Source of the DNA: Candidatus Eiseniibacteriota bacterium
GTDB lineage: Bacteria > Eisenbacteria > RBG-16-71-46 > SZUA-252
Length of the DNA stretch: 64,000 bases
NCBI GenBank assembly: GCA_963703225.1
Contig: OY969801.1
Location: 2,688,001-2,752,000, forward strand
Reading direction: 5' to 3'
In this document: positions 9,025-18,457 of the stretch, in pieces
How positions within the stretch are numbered: the first letter of the stretch is position 1
Layout of the letters: each line of letters opens with the position of its first letter
Made by a program: the position numbers and the translations under genes
Notes under the pieces: generated by a model
Databases searched by the model: none
Told to the model about the DNA's origin: nothing
The model's input: the letters and a program-made list of their open reading frames with translations, nothing else

Positions 9025-9777
9025 ATGGAATTGGGCGGAGGTGCGAACCCGGTTCAGCGAGCCGTGCGCTCGCTTCCGGTCTTCCGCGGGCTCTCCCAGG
9101 ACGACCAGCGAAGGGTCGCCGCGCTCGCCACTCTGCGGGAGTACCAGAGAGGCGACCCGCTGTGGCATGAGGGCGATCCAGCCGAGTCGCTCACCGTGAT
9201 CGTGCGCGGGCGGGTCAAGATCGTTCGGCAGGCGGAAGGGGGAGACGTCATTCTCGAGATTTTCGGGGAAGGCGAGCCTGTCGGCGCCATCGCCGTCTAC
9301 AACTACATGCCCTATCCCGCGAGCGCTATCTGTCTCGAGCCCGTGACGTTGCTCACCCTCCCGCGCCGCGACTACTTCGAGCTGCTCGATCGCCACCCTG
9401 ATTTCGCCCGCGCGATCATTCGTGAGTTGACAAAGCTCGTGGTCGCGTTGACACGGAAGGTGGAAGAGATGCGCGGGCAGAGAGTGGAGGTGCGGATCGC
9501 TCAACTCTTCCTGACGCTGGCCGAGCGGATGGGAAAGGAGGTGAAAGGCGGCATCGAGATTCCGATTGAGCTCTCGAGGCAAGAGGTGGCGGACCTCGTC
9601 GGGACTACCGTCGAATCCGCGATCCGGGTCCTCTCGCGTTGGGGGCAGGAGAAGGTATTGATTACCGGTGAAAAGCGTTTCTTGCTCCCCTCCCGGGAGC
9701 GCCTGGCTAAGATCTCGGAAGGCGGGCCAGAAGGGGAGGCCGTGCCGGTGCCTCCGCGCCGAAAGCGGGGCGGGTGA
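9025..9777 (+). CDS. Crp/Fnr-family transcriptional regulator (DNR/NnrR/HcpR-like, no FNR Cys cluster)
   Basis: cNMP-like domain (HEGDPA..IVRGRVKI), HTH LSRQEVADLVGTTVESAIRVLS; RBS GGAGG. Confidence 0.9.
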   Translation: MELGGGANPVQRAVRSLPVFRGLSQDDQRRVAALATLREYQRGDPLWHEGDPAESLTVIVRGRVKIVRQAEGGDVILEIFGEGEPVGAIAVYNYMPYPASAICLEPVTLLTLPRRDYFELLDRHPDFARAIIRELTKLVVALTRKVEEMRGQRVEVRIAQLFLTLAERMGKEVKGGIEIPIELSRQEVADLVGTTVESAIRVLSRWGQEKVLITGEKRFLLPSRERLAKISEGGPEGEAVPVPPRRKRGG

Positions 9778-9820
9778 GCGTTCGGGTGGGCAGCGGGCCC
9801 ATCGGAGCACACCACGCCCG

Positions 9821-10243
9821 CTATTCCGGAATGTCGTAGAGGAATGCCCGGCGGAGGCGATTCGGACGAAGGCCCGGATCGAGGCCGGATGTCAGCCAGG
9901 AGGCCCAGCTCCGCGCGTCAGCCTCGGTCACTTCGTCGGGGAGAAATTCGATGCCGCCATAGCTGAACCTATCGCGGCTCCATGCCACATTGCTCTGCTT
10001 GTAGAAGAAGGCGCAGATGCGCTCCTTCCCAGCCCGCGGCCTGAAGAGCTTCATTCGGCAGCGGCCTGGCCCTCCCGATGCAAGCTCGATGGGGGCAAGC
10101 TCTAGTCCCGCCGAATCGGCCGCCACCTCAAATCGTTCCGGTGCCAATTCGAAAACCCGGACGACCAAATCCAGCCCCGGACTCTGGCGCAGCTCCGCCC
10201 GGATCTTGGCCAATACCCCTGGATCGCTTCGGTTGCTCAGCAC
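9821..10243 (-). CDS. Hypothetical protein coupled to the radical SAM gene
   Basis: GTG at 10243 overlaps the radical SAM stop (GTGCTGA); globular-looking 140 aa. Confidence 0.65.
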   Translation of the reverse strand: MLSNRSDPGVLAKIRAELRQSPGLDLVVRVFELAPERFEVAADSAGLELAPIELASGGPGRCRMKLFRPRAGKERICAFFYKQSNVAWSRDRFSYGGIEFLPDEVTEADARSWASWLTSGLDPGLRPNRLRRAFLYDIPE

Positions 10244-11481
10244 GTCCGCGGGGCCGCGATCGCCGAAGCAGCGATCGGGCGCGGCTCGAGCTTTCTGGTA
10301 AAGACCGGTTTGGCCGCCTGGCGCATGATGCCCAGCCAGCGCTCGTAGAGCCACGTGGAGAGGCCGGGCCTCGCGAGGTAGCGGGTATCGTCGGGCTGGC
10401 AGACGAGGCTCACCTCGATGTTGGGTGCGGCACCGATGGGAATGCGATGCCGCTTGCACGCCTCGTAAACGTGTTCGAACACAAGGCGCATGTCCTCGTA
10501 TCGCGGTGAGGGATGCCGCTCCATGTCGGAACCGATCACCGGGCGAAACACACAGACCGTCGGGAACGCCCCGACGCTCGTGATGTAGTCGATGGCCCTG
10601 AGGGTGTCCTCGACCGGTTCGACGCCGGCGATGATCTCGCCGGAGACCGCGCCCTTGCCCAGCTTCCGCGACGTGTATTCGAGCGCGTCGAAAAACGCGC
10701 GCTGCCCGAGGGTCGCCTGCTTCCCGGGAAGGTAACGCGCGAAATATTCCGGGTTGTGGAACTCGTAGCAGAAGGAAAAGTGATCTGCCCCCAGATCGAT
10801 CAGCCAGTCGTACTTCCAGAGGTCTCTCGTCGGCGTGAGCTGTACGCCGATCAGCGCGCCGACCTGCTCCTTCACCGCCTTCACGTACGGGGCCGCTTCC
10901 TCGTGGCTCCGCTTGGAGTAGCCGCTATTGAAGTGGACGAACGTGACCCCCGATTCCTCCTTGGCCGCTCGGCAGACTTCGGTGACGTCGCCGAGATCCT
11001 TGACCGCGACTTCGTTCACGCCGACATTGGCGCCCGTCGTGCAGAAGGCGCAATTGAGCGGAGGATTGGAGTACCAATAGAGGCACGAATTGGAGATGTA
11101 GATGCCAAGATAGGTGCCCTGGAGAATTCCGACGCGCCGCATCGGTGTGCCGCGGCTGGTACGGCTCGAGTACCACTTCGGCTCCCGTGGAATCCGAACG
11201 GGATAGCCCTCAAGGGTACGCTCGTCCAACGCGATATAGTCCTGGTTGGCCTTTACGAGGAGATAGGGTGACCTTTGGGCGAAGTCCTCCTCAACGGGAA
11301 CGTTCGTCCAGATCTCCTTGAGCGGCCCCGGGAGAACCAGCTCCAGGCCGGAGCCCAGTCCGGCGCGCATGCGCGTGACCTGCCGGCCGTCGCTTAGGAG
11401 CGTGCAGGAGGGATCGATGCGGATGCCGGAACAGAGGAGATCGATCTCCAACTCGCACGGATTGAGAGGCTGCGGATTCAT
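10237..11481 (-). CDS. Radical SAM protein, MSMEG_0568-like
   Basis: Atypical CLYWYSNPPLNCAFC (Cx10Cx2C) motif, RAGLGSG, FRPVIGS, N-terminal ELEIDLLCSGIRI. Confidence 0.8.
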   Translation of the reverse strand: MNPQPLNPCELEIDLLCSGIRIDPSCTLLSDGRQVTRMRAGLGSGLELVLPGPLKEIWTNVPVEEDFAQRSPYLLVKANQDYIALDERTLEGYPVRIPREPKWYSSRTSRGTPMRRVGILQGTYLGIYISNSCLYWYSNPPLNCAFCTTGANVGVNEVAVKDLGDVTEVCRAAKEESGVTFVHFNSGYSKRSHEEAAPYVKAVKEQVGALIGVQLTPTRDLWKYDWLIDLGADHFSFCYEFHNPEYFARYLPGKQATLGQRAFFDALEYTSRKLGKGAVSGEIIAGVEPVEDTLRAIDYITSVGAFPTVCVFRPVIGSDMERHPSPRYEDMRLVFEHVYEACKRHRIPIGAAPNIEVSLVCQPDDTRYLARPGLSTWLYERWLGIMRQAAKPVFTRKLEPRPIAASAIAAPRTC

Positions 11482-11503
11482 GTGCTGCGATCGGCCCGGG
11501 ACG

Positions 11504-11980
11504 CTACTTGGCGGGCGTGGGTGCCGGAAGGAGCCTCGCCTGAGTGACCTCGATGATGTGCATGCCCCGCCGCTCGAAGGCTCCTCCGACAATCTCGACG
11601 TTTCGCCCCGCCCACCCCTTGCATAGGACGAACGGATCGGGGGTCGTGAACGATGTCGGAGCCATGGCGCGGGCGTGATCCAGGGTGAGCATGTAGAGCA
11701 TGCTGTCGGGGCCCATCATCCCCATGCAGACACCCGAGGCGATGCACCGGAGCGCGCAATCGCGATGGACGGTCCCGCGGAATCCCCGCACCACGTAGCA
11801 GCTCATGTCGAGAATCTCCCCCTGCAGGGTGATCGGGGGTTGAGGCACCCGTCGCGCGGGCGCGGCGCTCGGCTTCGCGCCAGGCTGGGCGGGAACCTCT
11901 TTCGTGGGGGTCTGAGCGGTGACAGCCAGGGCTGCCGCGAGCAGGACGGCGATTCCCAGAATGGCGCGGGTGCGCTTCAT
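11504..11980 (-). CDS. Secreted Cys/His-motif protein
   Basis: Signal peptide; ITLQGEILDMSCY...HRDCALRCIASG; RBS GGAGGGAG. Confidence 0.7.
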   Translation of the reverse strand: MKRTRAILGIAVLLAAALAVTAQTPTKEVPAQPGAKPSAAPARRVPQPPITLQGEILDMSCYVVRGFRGTVHRDCALRCIASGVCMGMMGPDSMLYMLTLDHARAMAPTSFTTPDPFVLCKGWAGRNVEIVGGAFERRGMHIIEVTQARLLPAPTPAK

Positions 11981-12130
11981 CGATGATCTCCCTCCGGGCG
12001 CGTCGGCCGGTCGGATGAGCGAAATGTGCGCCGCGCCTCAAGTAACAGCATACCAGGGCGCTCCGCGGGCTACCCATACTGCTTCGGTAGTAGTTGGTGC
12101 GGCACCAAAGTAGCCCGGCTAGAGGCGGCG

Positions 12131-13033
12131 CTACCGGGAGAGGAAGATGATCTCGAGTTGTTGGTGGGGTTCGCTGTTGGCGTCAAAGAGGTCGGCCACG
12201 GCGCCGGTATCGCGGACCTCGAATCGCCCCGACGCGGCGTCCACGATGACAATCCGGGCGAAGAGCGATCGGACGATCGCGGCGTACCGGTCGCGGTCGA
12301 GACCGGCGCGGCGGATTCCGTAGGGCCAGAACTCGCTCAGCACGGGCGCGCCGTGCGAGAGCGTTTGCCGGGCCCCTCGAAAGAAATGCCCCTCAAATCC
12401 CTGAATGTCGGCCCAGATGAGCCCGATCCGCCCGGGGTCGACGGCCGCCTCCACCGCGAGCAAATCGTCGAGCGTGCGCGCGGAAACGCGCGCGGTGTGC
12501 CTGCCCTCCTCTTTCATCAAAGCGGGGCCGAGGGTCCGCTCGGCGCGCACGCGGTGGTCTCCGAAATTCTCTTCTGAGATCTCCATCTCCACCTCGCCGC
12601 TCGCGTCCGACATGGCGTACGGGAAGGCGCGAATCCGGTCTTGAAATCCGTTCTGCTCGATGTTCCAGGTCAGGAGCGCGAAATTCTGAGGGTTGGGTTC
12701 GATCGCGATCGCCTCGCGGAAATAGTCGCGCTTCAGCATCGCGATGCAGATCATTCCGATGTTCGCGCCCACATCCAACAGGATATCGGCGCCGGATCTC
12801 CCCACGTGCCCTTCTCGCCTTAGGTAGTCGACGGAGCGCGTGATGAGATCGAGCTCCCAGGCACGCTGGACGTAGAGGGCTCTGGCGTTGTGGAGATCCA
12901 TGTTGCTGAACGAGAGAAGCCCGTTCGCGGTGGGGACGGTGAGGATGCGCGGCGTCCGCCCCGGGCCCCCGCGCACCATCTCCCAGCGCATCTTTCGATA
13001 CGCGCGGCGGATCCGCTGCCCGATCGGTGGCAC
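12131..13033 (-). CDS. FkbM-family methyltransferase
   Basis: LDVGANIG, IEPNPQN, TLDDLL, IWADIQGFEG. Confidence 0.88.
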   Translation of the reverse strand: MPPIGQRIRRAYRKMRWEMVRGGPGRTPRILTVPTANGLLSFSNMDLHNARALYVQRAWELDLITRSVDYLRREGHVGRSGADILLDVGANIGMICIAMLKRDYFREAIAIEPNPQNFALLTWNIEQNGFQDRIRAFPYAMSDASGEVEMEISEENFGDHRVRAERTLGPALMKEEGRHTARVSARTLDDLLAVEAAVDPGRIGLIWADIQGFEGHFFRGARQTLSHGAPVLSEFWPYGIRRAGLDRDRYAAIVRSLFARIVIVDAASGRFEVRDTGAVADLFDANSEPHQQLEIIFLSR

Positions 13034-13039
13034 GCGACC

Positions 13040-13744
13040 CTATCCTTTTCGCCCGATGGCGTCGGCCCAACGACCGAAGACCACCCGCCCGACCCGCTCC
13101 ATTTCGCGGACGGCGGCGTGCGTCCGGGCGAGGACTACGCCGGCGTCGCCACCCGCCTCGCTCAGCTCGTCGTCGAAGGTTTCCACCATGGCGCGCACCA
13201 TCGGCTCGTCCATTTCCATGTGAAAGACGAGGCCGTACGCGGCCTGCCCGGAGCGAAACGCCTGGACAGGGGTCAGGTCGGAACGGGCGAGAAGCACCGA
13301 GTCCGGCGGGAGGTCGAACACGTCTCCATGCCAGTGAAAGGCCTCGAACGTTTGCGGGGCGTCTCTCCAAAGCGGATCGCGGGCGGCCGCTTCGGTCAGC
13401 GAGACCGGATACCATCCGATTTCCTTCCGGCCCGGCGCGACGTGGGCGCCCAGTGCTGCGGCGAGGAGCTGGCTCCCCAAGCAAACGCCGAGCACCGGTT
13501 TTCGCACGCGCAAAGCGTCGCGGATCAGGTCGATCTCCTCCCGCAGAAACGGATATCGGCTCTGCTCGTAGACGCCCATGGGCCCCCCCATCACGACGAG
13601 GCCGTCCCGCTCGGCCATGGAGGACGGAACGGGCTCGCCGGCGTAGGATCGGATGGTCTCCACCCGGATACCCCGCTCGTGGAGGGCGCCGGCGATCAAC
13701 CCCGGGGTCTCGGGCTCGGCATGCTGGAGGACGTATACTTTCAT
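13040..13744 (-). CDS. Type 1 glutamine amidotransferase-like protein
   Basis: VMGGPMG, LGVCLGSQ, FHWHGD, FHME. Confidence 0.9.
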   Translation of the reverse strand: MKVYVLQHAEPETPGLIAGALHERGIRVETIRSYAGEPVPSSMAERDGLVVMGGPMGVYEQSRYPFLREEIDLIRDALRVRKPVLGVCLGSQLLAAALGAHVAPGRKEIGWYPVSLTEAAARDPLWRDAPQTFEAFHWHGDVFDLPPDSVLLARSDLTPVQAFRSGQAAYGLVFHMEMDEPMVRAMVETFDDELSEAGGDAGVVLARTHAAVREMERVGRVVFGRWADAIGRKG

Positions 13745-13787
13745 GAAGGTTGTAGGTACCTATACCTCAAACGCGGGAGGTCAATCC

Positions 13788-14465
13788 ATGACGGTCGTGC
13801 GGGCGCGCCCTTGGAACACCATTGTACTGGCAACCATGATCGGGTGGTCCCTGGCCGCGGGCTTGCCTCGCTCGGCCCGCGCGGCCGCGCCGGCCGATTC
13901 ACCCCGCGCCACCGCCGACTTCGCGGGAGGCTGTTTCTGGTGCATGGAATCGCCCTTCGAGGCGCTCAGCGGCGTGATCTCGGTGACGTCGGGATTCTCC
14001 GGCGGCCCCGAGAAGAATCCGACCTACGCCCAGGTTTCGGCGGGAAAGACCGGGCACATGGAGTCGATCGAGGTGGTCTACGACCCGAAGAAGATCACCT
14101 ACAAGAAGCTGCTCGACGTCTACTGGCACAACATCGACCCGACGCAGGGAGACGGGCAGTTCTGCGATCATGGGACGCAGTATCGCTCGGCGATCTTCTA
14201 CCGCGACGAGAATCAGCGGCGCCTGGCGGCGGAGTCGAAGGACGCGATCGAAAAATCAAAGCGGCTCAAAAGCCCGATCGTGACCCGCATGATCGCGTTT
14301 CGGGCCTTCTATCCCGCCGAGGAATACCACCAGGACTATTACAAGAAGAACCCGGATCATTATCACGAGTATCGAACGGCATGCGGGCGGGATGAGCGCC
14401 TTCGGGCGATCTGGGGCAAAGACGCCGGCGGGACTAGCAAGGTCAGTCCGACGTCAGGATACTGA
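13788..14465 (+). CDS. msrA: Peptide methionine sulfoxide reductase A with signal peptide
   Basis: FAGGCFWC, TGHME, YRSAIF, AEEYHQDYY; N-terminal AxA signal. Confidence 0.95.
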   Translation: MTVVRARPWNTIVLATMIGWSLAAGLPRSARAAAPADSPRATADFAGGCFWCMESPFEALSGVISVTSGFSGGPEKNPTYAQVSAGKTGHMESIEVVYDPKKITYKKLLDVYWHNIDPTQGDGQFCDHGTQYRSAIFYRDENQRRLAAESKDAIEKSKRLKSPIVTRMIAFRAFYPAEEYHQDYYKKNPDHYHEYRTACGRDERLRAIWGKDAGGTSKVSPTSGY

Positions 14466-14763
14466 ACAGCCACCACCGCTGCTTCGCGCCGCCCTTGGAG
14501 CGCGCCTGACGCTCGAAGTAGATCTTCATCTCCTTGCCGGAGCCTGTCCGGATACGATACCAGTGCTTCCGGATGTACCGGTCGGGCATCGCGGCCGTGC
14601 CTTGGCTCAGCTCCTTCCATCGCTCGAGCACCTCCGCGACGACCTCCTCTTCCCCGCGCCAGACGAACCGCTGCGGAAGGGCGGGCTCGCCGACGGCGAA
14701 GGGCACCGGGGAGGTCTCGAACAGAAGCGGCCGGATAGGCTCGCTGACGAGTTGCTCCTTCAT
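14443..14763 (-). CDS. Small DUF6504-like protein
   Basis: PQRFVWRG..V.EVLERW, HWYRIRT, IYFER, WWLF. Confidence 0.65.
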   Translation of the reverse strand: MKEQLVSEPIRPLLFETSPVPFAVGEPALPQRFVWRGEEEVVAEVLERWKELSQGTAAMPDRYIRKHWYRIRTGSGKEMKIYFERQARSKGGAKQRWWLFSILTSD

Positions 14764-14842
14764 GAGAGGTCTACGGTACCACGCCCAGAGGCTGCCCCCG
14801 ACGCTCGCAGCGCTCGGAATCGCCTTGTGGCATGCTATCGCT

Positions 14843-16381
14843 GTGCGGATACTTCCCACGATCGTAGCCGCCCTGGCCGCGTCCGCGGCGCTTCTCCTGT
14901 TCGCGCTGCCGGCCCAGTTCCGCCCATCTCATTTCCTTCCAGACGACTCCTACTTCTATCTGCAGATCGCACACAACGTCGCCTCGGGCAAAGGGAGCAC
15001 ATTTCACGAGATCACTCCCACGAACGGCTACCATCCACTCTGGCTGGGGATCTGTGTCGTCGCTGACCTACTCGCGGGTCGCGACAAGGGGGCCTTGCCA
15101 CGCGCCGTGTTCGCCGTTCAGGCCCTACTCACTGTGGGCATTGGATGGCTCTTCACCAAGATCTCCACCCGGCTCTCTCCCGGCAAGCCGTGGATCGCGC
15201 TGTCTATCCTGGCGACGTACTTCTTGACCGGGATGTACGGATCCGAGGCACACGTCAGCGGATTCTGTGTGGCCGCCGGCATCTATCTCCTGCTGATCGC
15301 GCGTGAGAACCCCGCGAGGGTGGCCGGCTGGATCCGGCTCGGCTTGGCCCTCGGTCTTGCGTTCCTGGCGCGGTTGGACAACGTCTTCGTGATCGGCGCC
15401 CTTCTTGCCCTGCCGCTTCTGGAGGCAGCGTGCGAGGGGCCGGGTCCGCTCTTGAGACGCGCATCAGCGGTTGGGATCCCGATGGCCGCCCTCGCGATCC
15501 CGTACCTTGCGGCCAATTTTCTCACGTTCGGACATCTCGTTCCGATCAGCGGCGCGATTAAGAGCTCGCTGCCCGAGGTGTCCTTCCGAATTTCCAATCT
15601 GGGCTATCTGGGTGCGGGCGTCTGCTTGGCTGCGGTGCTTTCTCTCGGGCTATCACTCGCGCGTGGCCGCCCCCTGCCAGCGCGCCCACTCTTCGCCGCG
15701 CTCGGCGCAGGCGTTCTCGCGCACGCCCTTTACATCGTGTGCCTCACCGACCCCGGGATCCCATGGTCCTGGTACTGGGTGCCCGGCGTGCTCAACCTCT
15801 GCCTTCTCAGCGTGGCGCTCTGCGATCGCCTACCTCAGCGGTTCGGCAGCGTATCCCGGGGGAGGCTTATCGCGGGCGCGGCCATCATCGTGGCGCTCCT
15901 CGGTGTGACGCGGGGCTGGCTCCGCTTCCGCGACGCCGAGGCGGCCGGCATCAACCGCTTCACTGTGCGGCAGAGTGTGAGTCGAGACCGCTGGCAGCGC
16001 GTCCTGGGCCTTTGGATGAGAGACCACCTTCCCCCAGGAAGCGGTGTGCTCGTGTGCGACCAGCCCGGTGCGCTCGCGTACTACTCCGATCTACGAATCC
16101 TTCCAGTCGATGGGCTCGTCAATGACTTTCGCTACAACGAGGAAATCGTGACGCTAGGGATCGGTGATTATCTGAGAAGGCACCGAGTGGGCTACTACCT
16201 TGGCCCGATCGTCGAGGGTCGTGCGCTCCCCCAGGAGGTCGCGATCCGGGCACCCCTGAACGGAGCGACCGCGGGCGTGCTCCTGCTTGGACCGGAAAGC
16301 CTCGTCGCCCGACTGTCGGAGATCAGCGCCACTGGGCCGGCCTGGGCGCTTTGGAGGCTGCCGCGTTCCGGCCCCTCATAG
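14843..16381 (+). CDS. GT-C-like polytopic membrane glycosyltransferase
   Basis: DDSYFYLQIA, TNGYHPLW, FLARLD, PISGAIK, DGLVN; many TM helices; start uncertain. Confidence 0.7.
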   Translation: MRILPTIVAALAASAALLLFALPAQFRPSHFLPDDSYFYLQIAHNVASGKGSTFHEITPTNGYHPLWLGICVVADLLAGRDKGALPRAVFAVQALLTVGIGWLFTKISTRLSPGKPWIALSILATYFLTGMYGSEAHVSGFCVAAGIYLLLIARENPARVAGWIRLGLALGLAFLARLDNVFVIGALLALPLLEAACEGPGPLLRRASAVGIPMAALAIPYLAANFLTFGHLVPISGAIKSSLPEVSFRISNLGYLGAGVCLAAVLSLGLSLARGRPLPARPLFAALGAGVLAHALYIVCLTDPGIPWSWYWVPGVLNLCLLSVALCDRLPQRFGSVSRGRLIAGAAIIVALLGVTRGWLRFRDAEAAGINRFTVRQSVSRDRWQRVLGLWMRDHLPPGSGVLVCDQPGALAYYSDLRILPVDGLVNDFRYNEEIVTLGIGDYLRRHRVGYYLGPIVEGRALPQEVAIRAPLNGATAGVLLLGPESLVARLSEISATGPAWALWRLPRSGPS

Positions 16382-16403
16382 CGTGATACTCTTCGTTCCA
16401 GCC

Positions 16404-17264
16404 ATGCTCCATGCCGACCCGACCCAATTCCGTACTCCTGACCTCCGAATCATCGAGGTCGACCGACTCGTCCCGCACGAGAAGGAGGATGAGCGCCGCA
16501 CGAAGGCTCTCGGTTCGCGGCTCAGCGAATCGGGGGTCCTGCGCAATCCCCCCATTGTGACGCCGACCGCTGAAGCGGGCGGGGACGGACGTTTCGTCGT
16601 CCTCGATGGGGCCAATCGGGTCTCCACGGTCCGCGCGGCCGGCTACCCACACCTCGTCGTGCAGGTGGTCCGCTATGAGGGCCCGGACGTCCGGCTCTCG
16701 ACGTGGCATCACGCCCTTGGAGCTGCGGCCGCCGAGGAGCTGGAGCGCGGGCTCGCGACGATCTCCGGCCTCGATCGGCGCCGCGAGGATGTGAGCCACG
16801 CGCGGGCGCTCTTAGCCCGGAGGGAATCGATCGCCTTTGTGGCGGCCGCGGGCGGCGACGTGACCTCCTTGCAGGGGGGCCACGACCTCCACGAGCGGAA
16901 CGCGCTCCTCAACGCGGTGGTCGATCTCTACCGCGGAAAGCACCCCTACTCGAGGGTCACCCGCGACTCGATCGAAGAGGCGCGGGAGGGACACCCGGAG
17001 GTCGCCTCGCTGGTGGTCTTCCCGCACTTTCAACCGGAGGAGATCCTGGAAGTGGCGTTGGGGGGAGCCCGCCTTCCGGCCGGAATCACCCGCCACGTGA
17101 TCGCGTGGCGCGCGCTCCGGATCAACATGCCCCTCGACATGCTCGCGGATCGCACCCGATCGACCGACGAGAAGAATCGGTGGCTCGCGGCGTGGATGGC
17201 GGAGCGGGTGGCCCAGAACGCGGTGCGCTATTACGAGGAGAGCACGGTCCTGTTCGACGAATAG
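16404..17264 (+). CDS. ParB/Srx-fold protein, SbnI/SerK-like free-serine kinase
   Basis: LVPHE, LRNPPIVT, VVLDGANR, STWHH, LPAGITRH, RINMPL and VRYYEES follow, in order, the motifs I recall for S. aureus SbnI. Confidence 0.7.
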   Translation: MLHADPTQFRTPDLRIIEVDRLVPHEKEDERRTKALGSRLSESGVLRNPPIVTPTAEAGGDGRFVVLDGANRVSTVRAAGYPHLVVQVVRYEGPDVRLSTWHHALGAAAAEELERGLATISGLDRRREDVSHARALLARRESIAFVAAAGGDVTSLQGGHDLHERNALLNAVVDLYRGKHPYSRVTRDSIEEAREGHPEVASLVVFPHFQPEEILEVALGGARLPAGITRHVIAWRALRINMPLDMLADRTRSTDEKNRWLAAWMAERVAQNAVRYYEESTVLFDE

Positions 17265-17287
17265 CCGATGTGCGATCCTCTCTCTCC

Positions 17288-18295
17288 GTGAGCTCCGTTC
17301 GTATCATTGACCAAGCCGGTGTGCGACGCCTCCTCCCCATGGACGAATGCGTTGGCCTCATGGCCGACGCGCTCAAGAGCTTGGCCCGTGGAGACGCCGT
17401 CCAGCCGCTCCGCGCGGTGACGCGGATCCCGAACCGACACCGATTTCTCGGCACGATGCCCGCCTACCTTGGCTCGCCGGCCGCGATCGGCGTCAAGGTC
17501 ATCACCGTATTCCCGGAGAACCACGGGACGCCGCTCGATTCCCATCAGGGCGCGGTGCTGCTCTTTGATCCGGAGTGCGGGAGCCTCCTCGCGATGATCG
17601 ACGCCACCTCGATCACCGAAATCCGCACCGCCGCGGCGAGCGCCGCCGCGACCGACGTGCTGGCGCGGCCCGACGCCGCGACGCTCGCCATCCTCGGCTC
17701 CGGGGTCCAGGCCTCGGCCCACGTCGCCGCCATGCGCGTCGTGCGGCCGATCGCCCGTATCAAAATCTGGAGCCGCGACCCCAAGCGCGCGCGCGAGTTC
17801 GCCCAGCGAGAGTCCGCACGGCATGGGATTTCGGTCGACCCGGCCCCGTCGGCACGCGAGGCCGTGGACGGAGCGGCCATCGTCTGTGTCGTGACAAGCG
17901 CCGGCGCTCCCGTCCTACAGGGCGACTGGCTCGCGCCGGGGACGCACGTCAACGCGGTCGGCGCCTGCATCCCAACGGCCCGCGAGCTCGACACCACGGC
18001 CGTCAGGCGGTCGCGGGTGTTCGTCGATCGGCGCGAGTCTGCGCTGGGCGAGGCGGGCGACCTCTTAATCCCGATCCAGGAAGGTGCAATCGGGACGGAC
18101 CACATCGTGGCGGAGATCGGCGATGTGCTCCTGGGCAAGGTGAAGGGCCGCGCCTCGGCGGAGGAGATCACCCTGTTCAAGTCGTTGGGCTTGGCGGTCG
18201 AGGATCTCGCCGCGGCGCGCCGGGTCTACGCCGGGGCCGCGGCGGCCGGTGTGGGCACCGTCGTGGAGCTGGGTGGAGCGCGTCTTGACCCTTGA
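17288..18295 (+). CDS. Ornithine cyclodeaminase / mu-crystallin family protein
   Basis: MPAYL, GVKVITVFP.N, TEIRTAAAS, GSGVQA, HVNAVGA, FKSLGLAVED. Confidence 0.92.
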   Translation: MSSVRIIDQAGVRRLLPMDECVGLMADALKSLARGDAVQPLRAVTRIPNRHRFLGTMPAYLGSPAAIGVKVITVFPENHGTPLDSHQGAVLLFDPECGSLLAMIDATSITEIRTAAASAAATDVLARPDAATLAILGSGVQASAHVAAMRVVRPIARIKIWSRDPKRAREFAQRESARHGISVDPAPSAREAVDGAAIVCVVTSAGAPVLQGDWLAPGTHVNAVGACIPTARELDTTAVRRSRVFVDRRESALGEAGDLLIPIQEGAIGTDHIVAEIGDVLLGKVKGRASAEEITLFKSLGLAVEDLAAARRVYAGAAAAGVGTVVELGGARLDP

Positions 18296-18457
18296 AGCGC
18301 CCGATATCGGCGCCAGCCCCAAGCCCGCGGTGGCGGCGTGGGACGCCGTGTTCGCGCGGCCGAGGCGCTAACCGTGGCGATTTGGTCCAAGCCGCGCCGC
18401 GCGCGCGACGCCGCCCGATCCGTAAAGGTGGGGCGCCAAGGGGCCGATTCTCATAGG

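Noticed and set aside
9025..9777. O2-sensing FNR
   Set aside because: Only one Cys; no Fe-S ligand cluster.
14828..14842. sigma54-like TGGCATGCTATCGC
   Set aside because: GG-to-GC spacing is 9, not 10; better read as a -10 region.
16404..17264. Chromosome-partition ParB or a defence gene
   Set aside because: No HTH, no parA, and motifs extend along SbnI instead.
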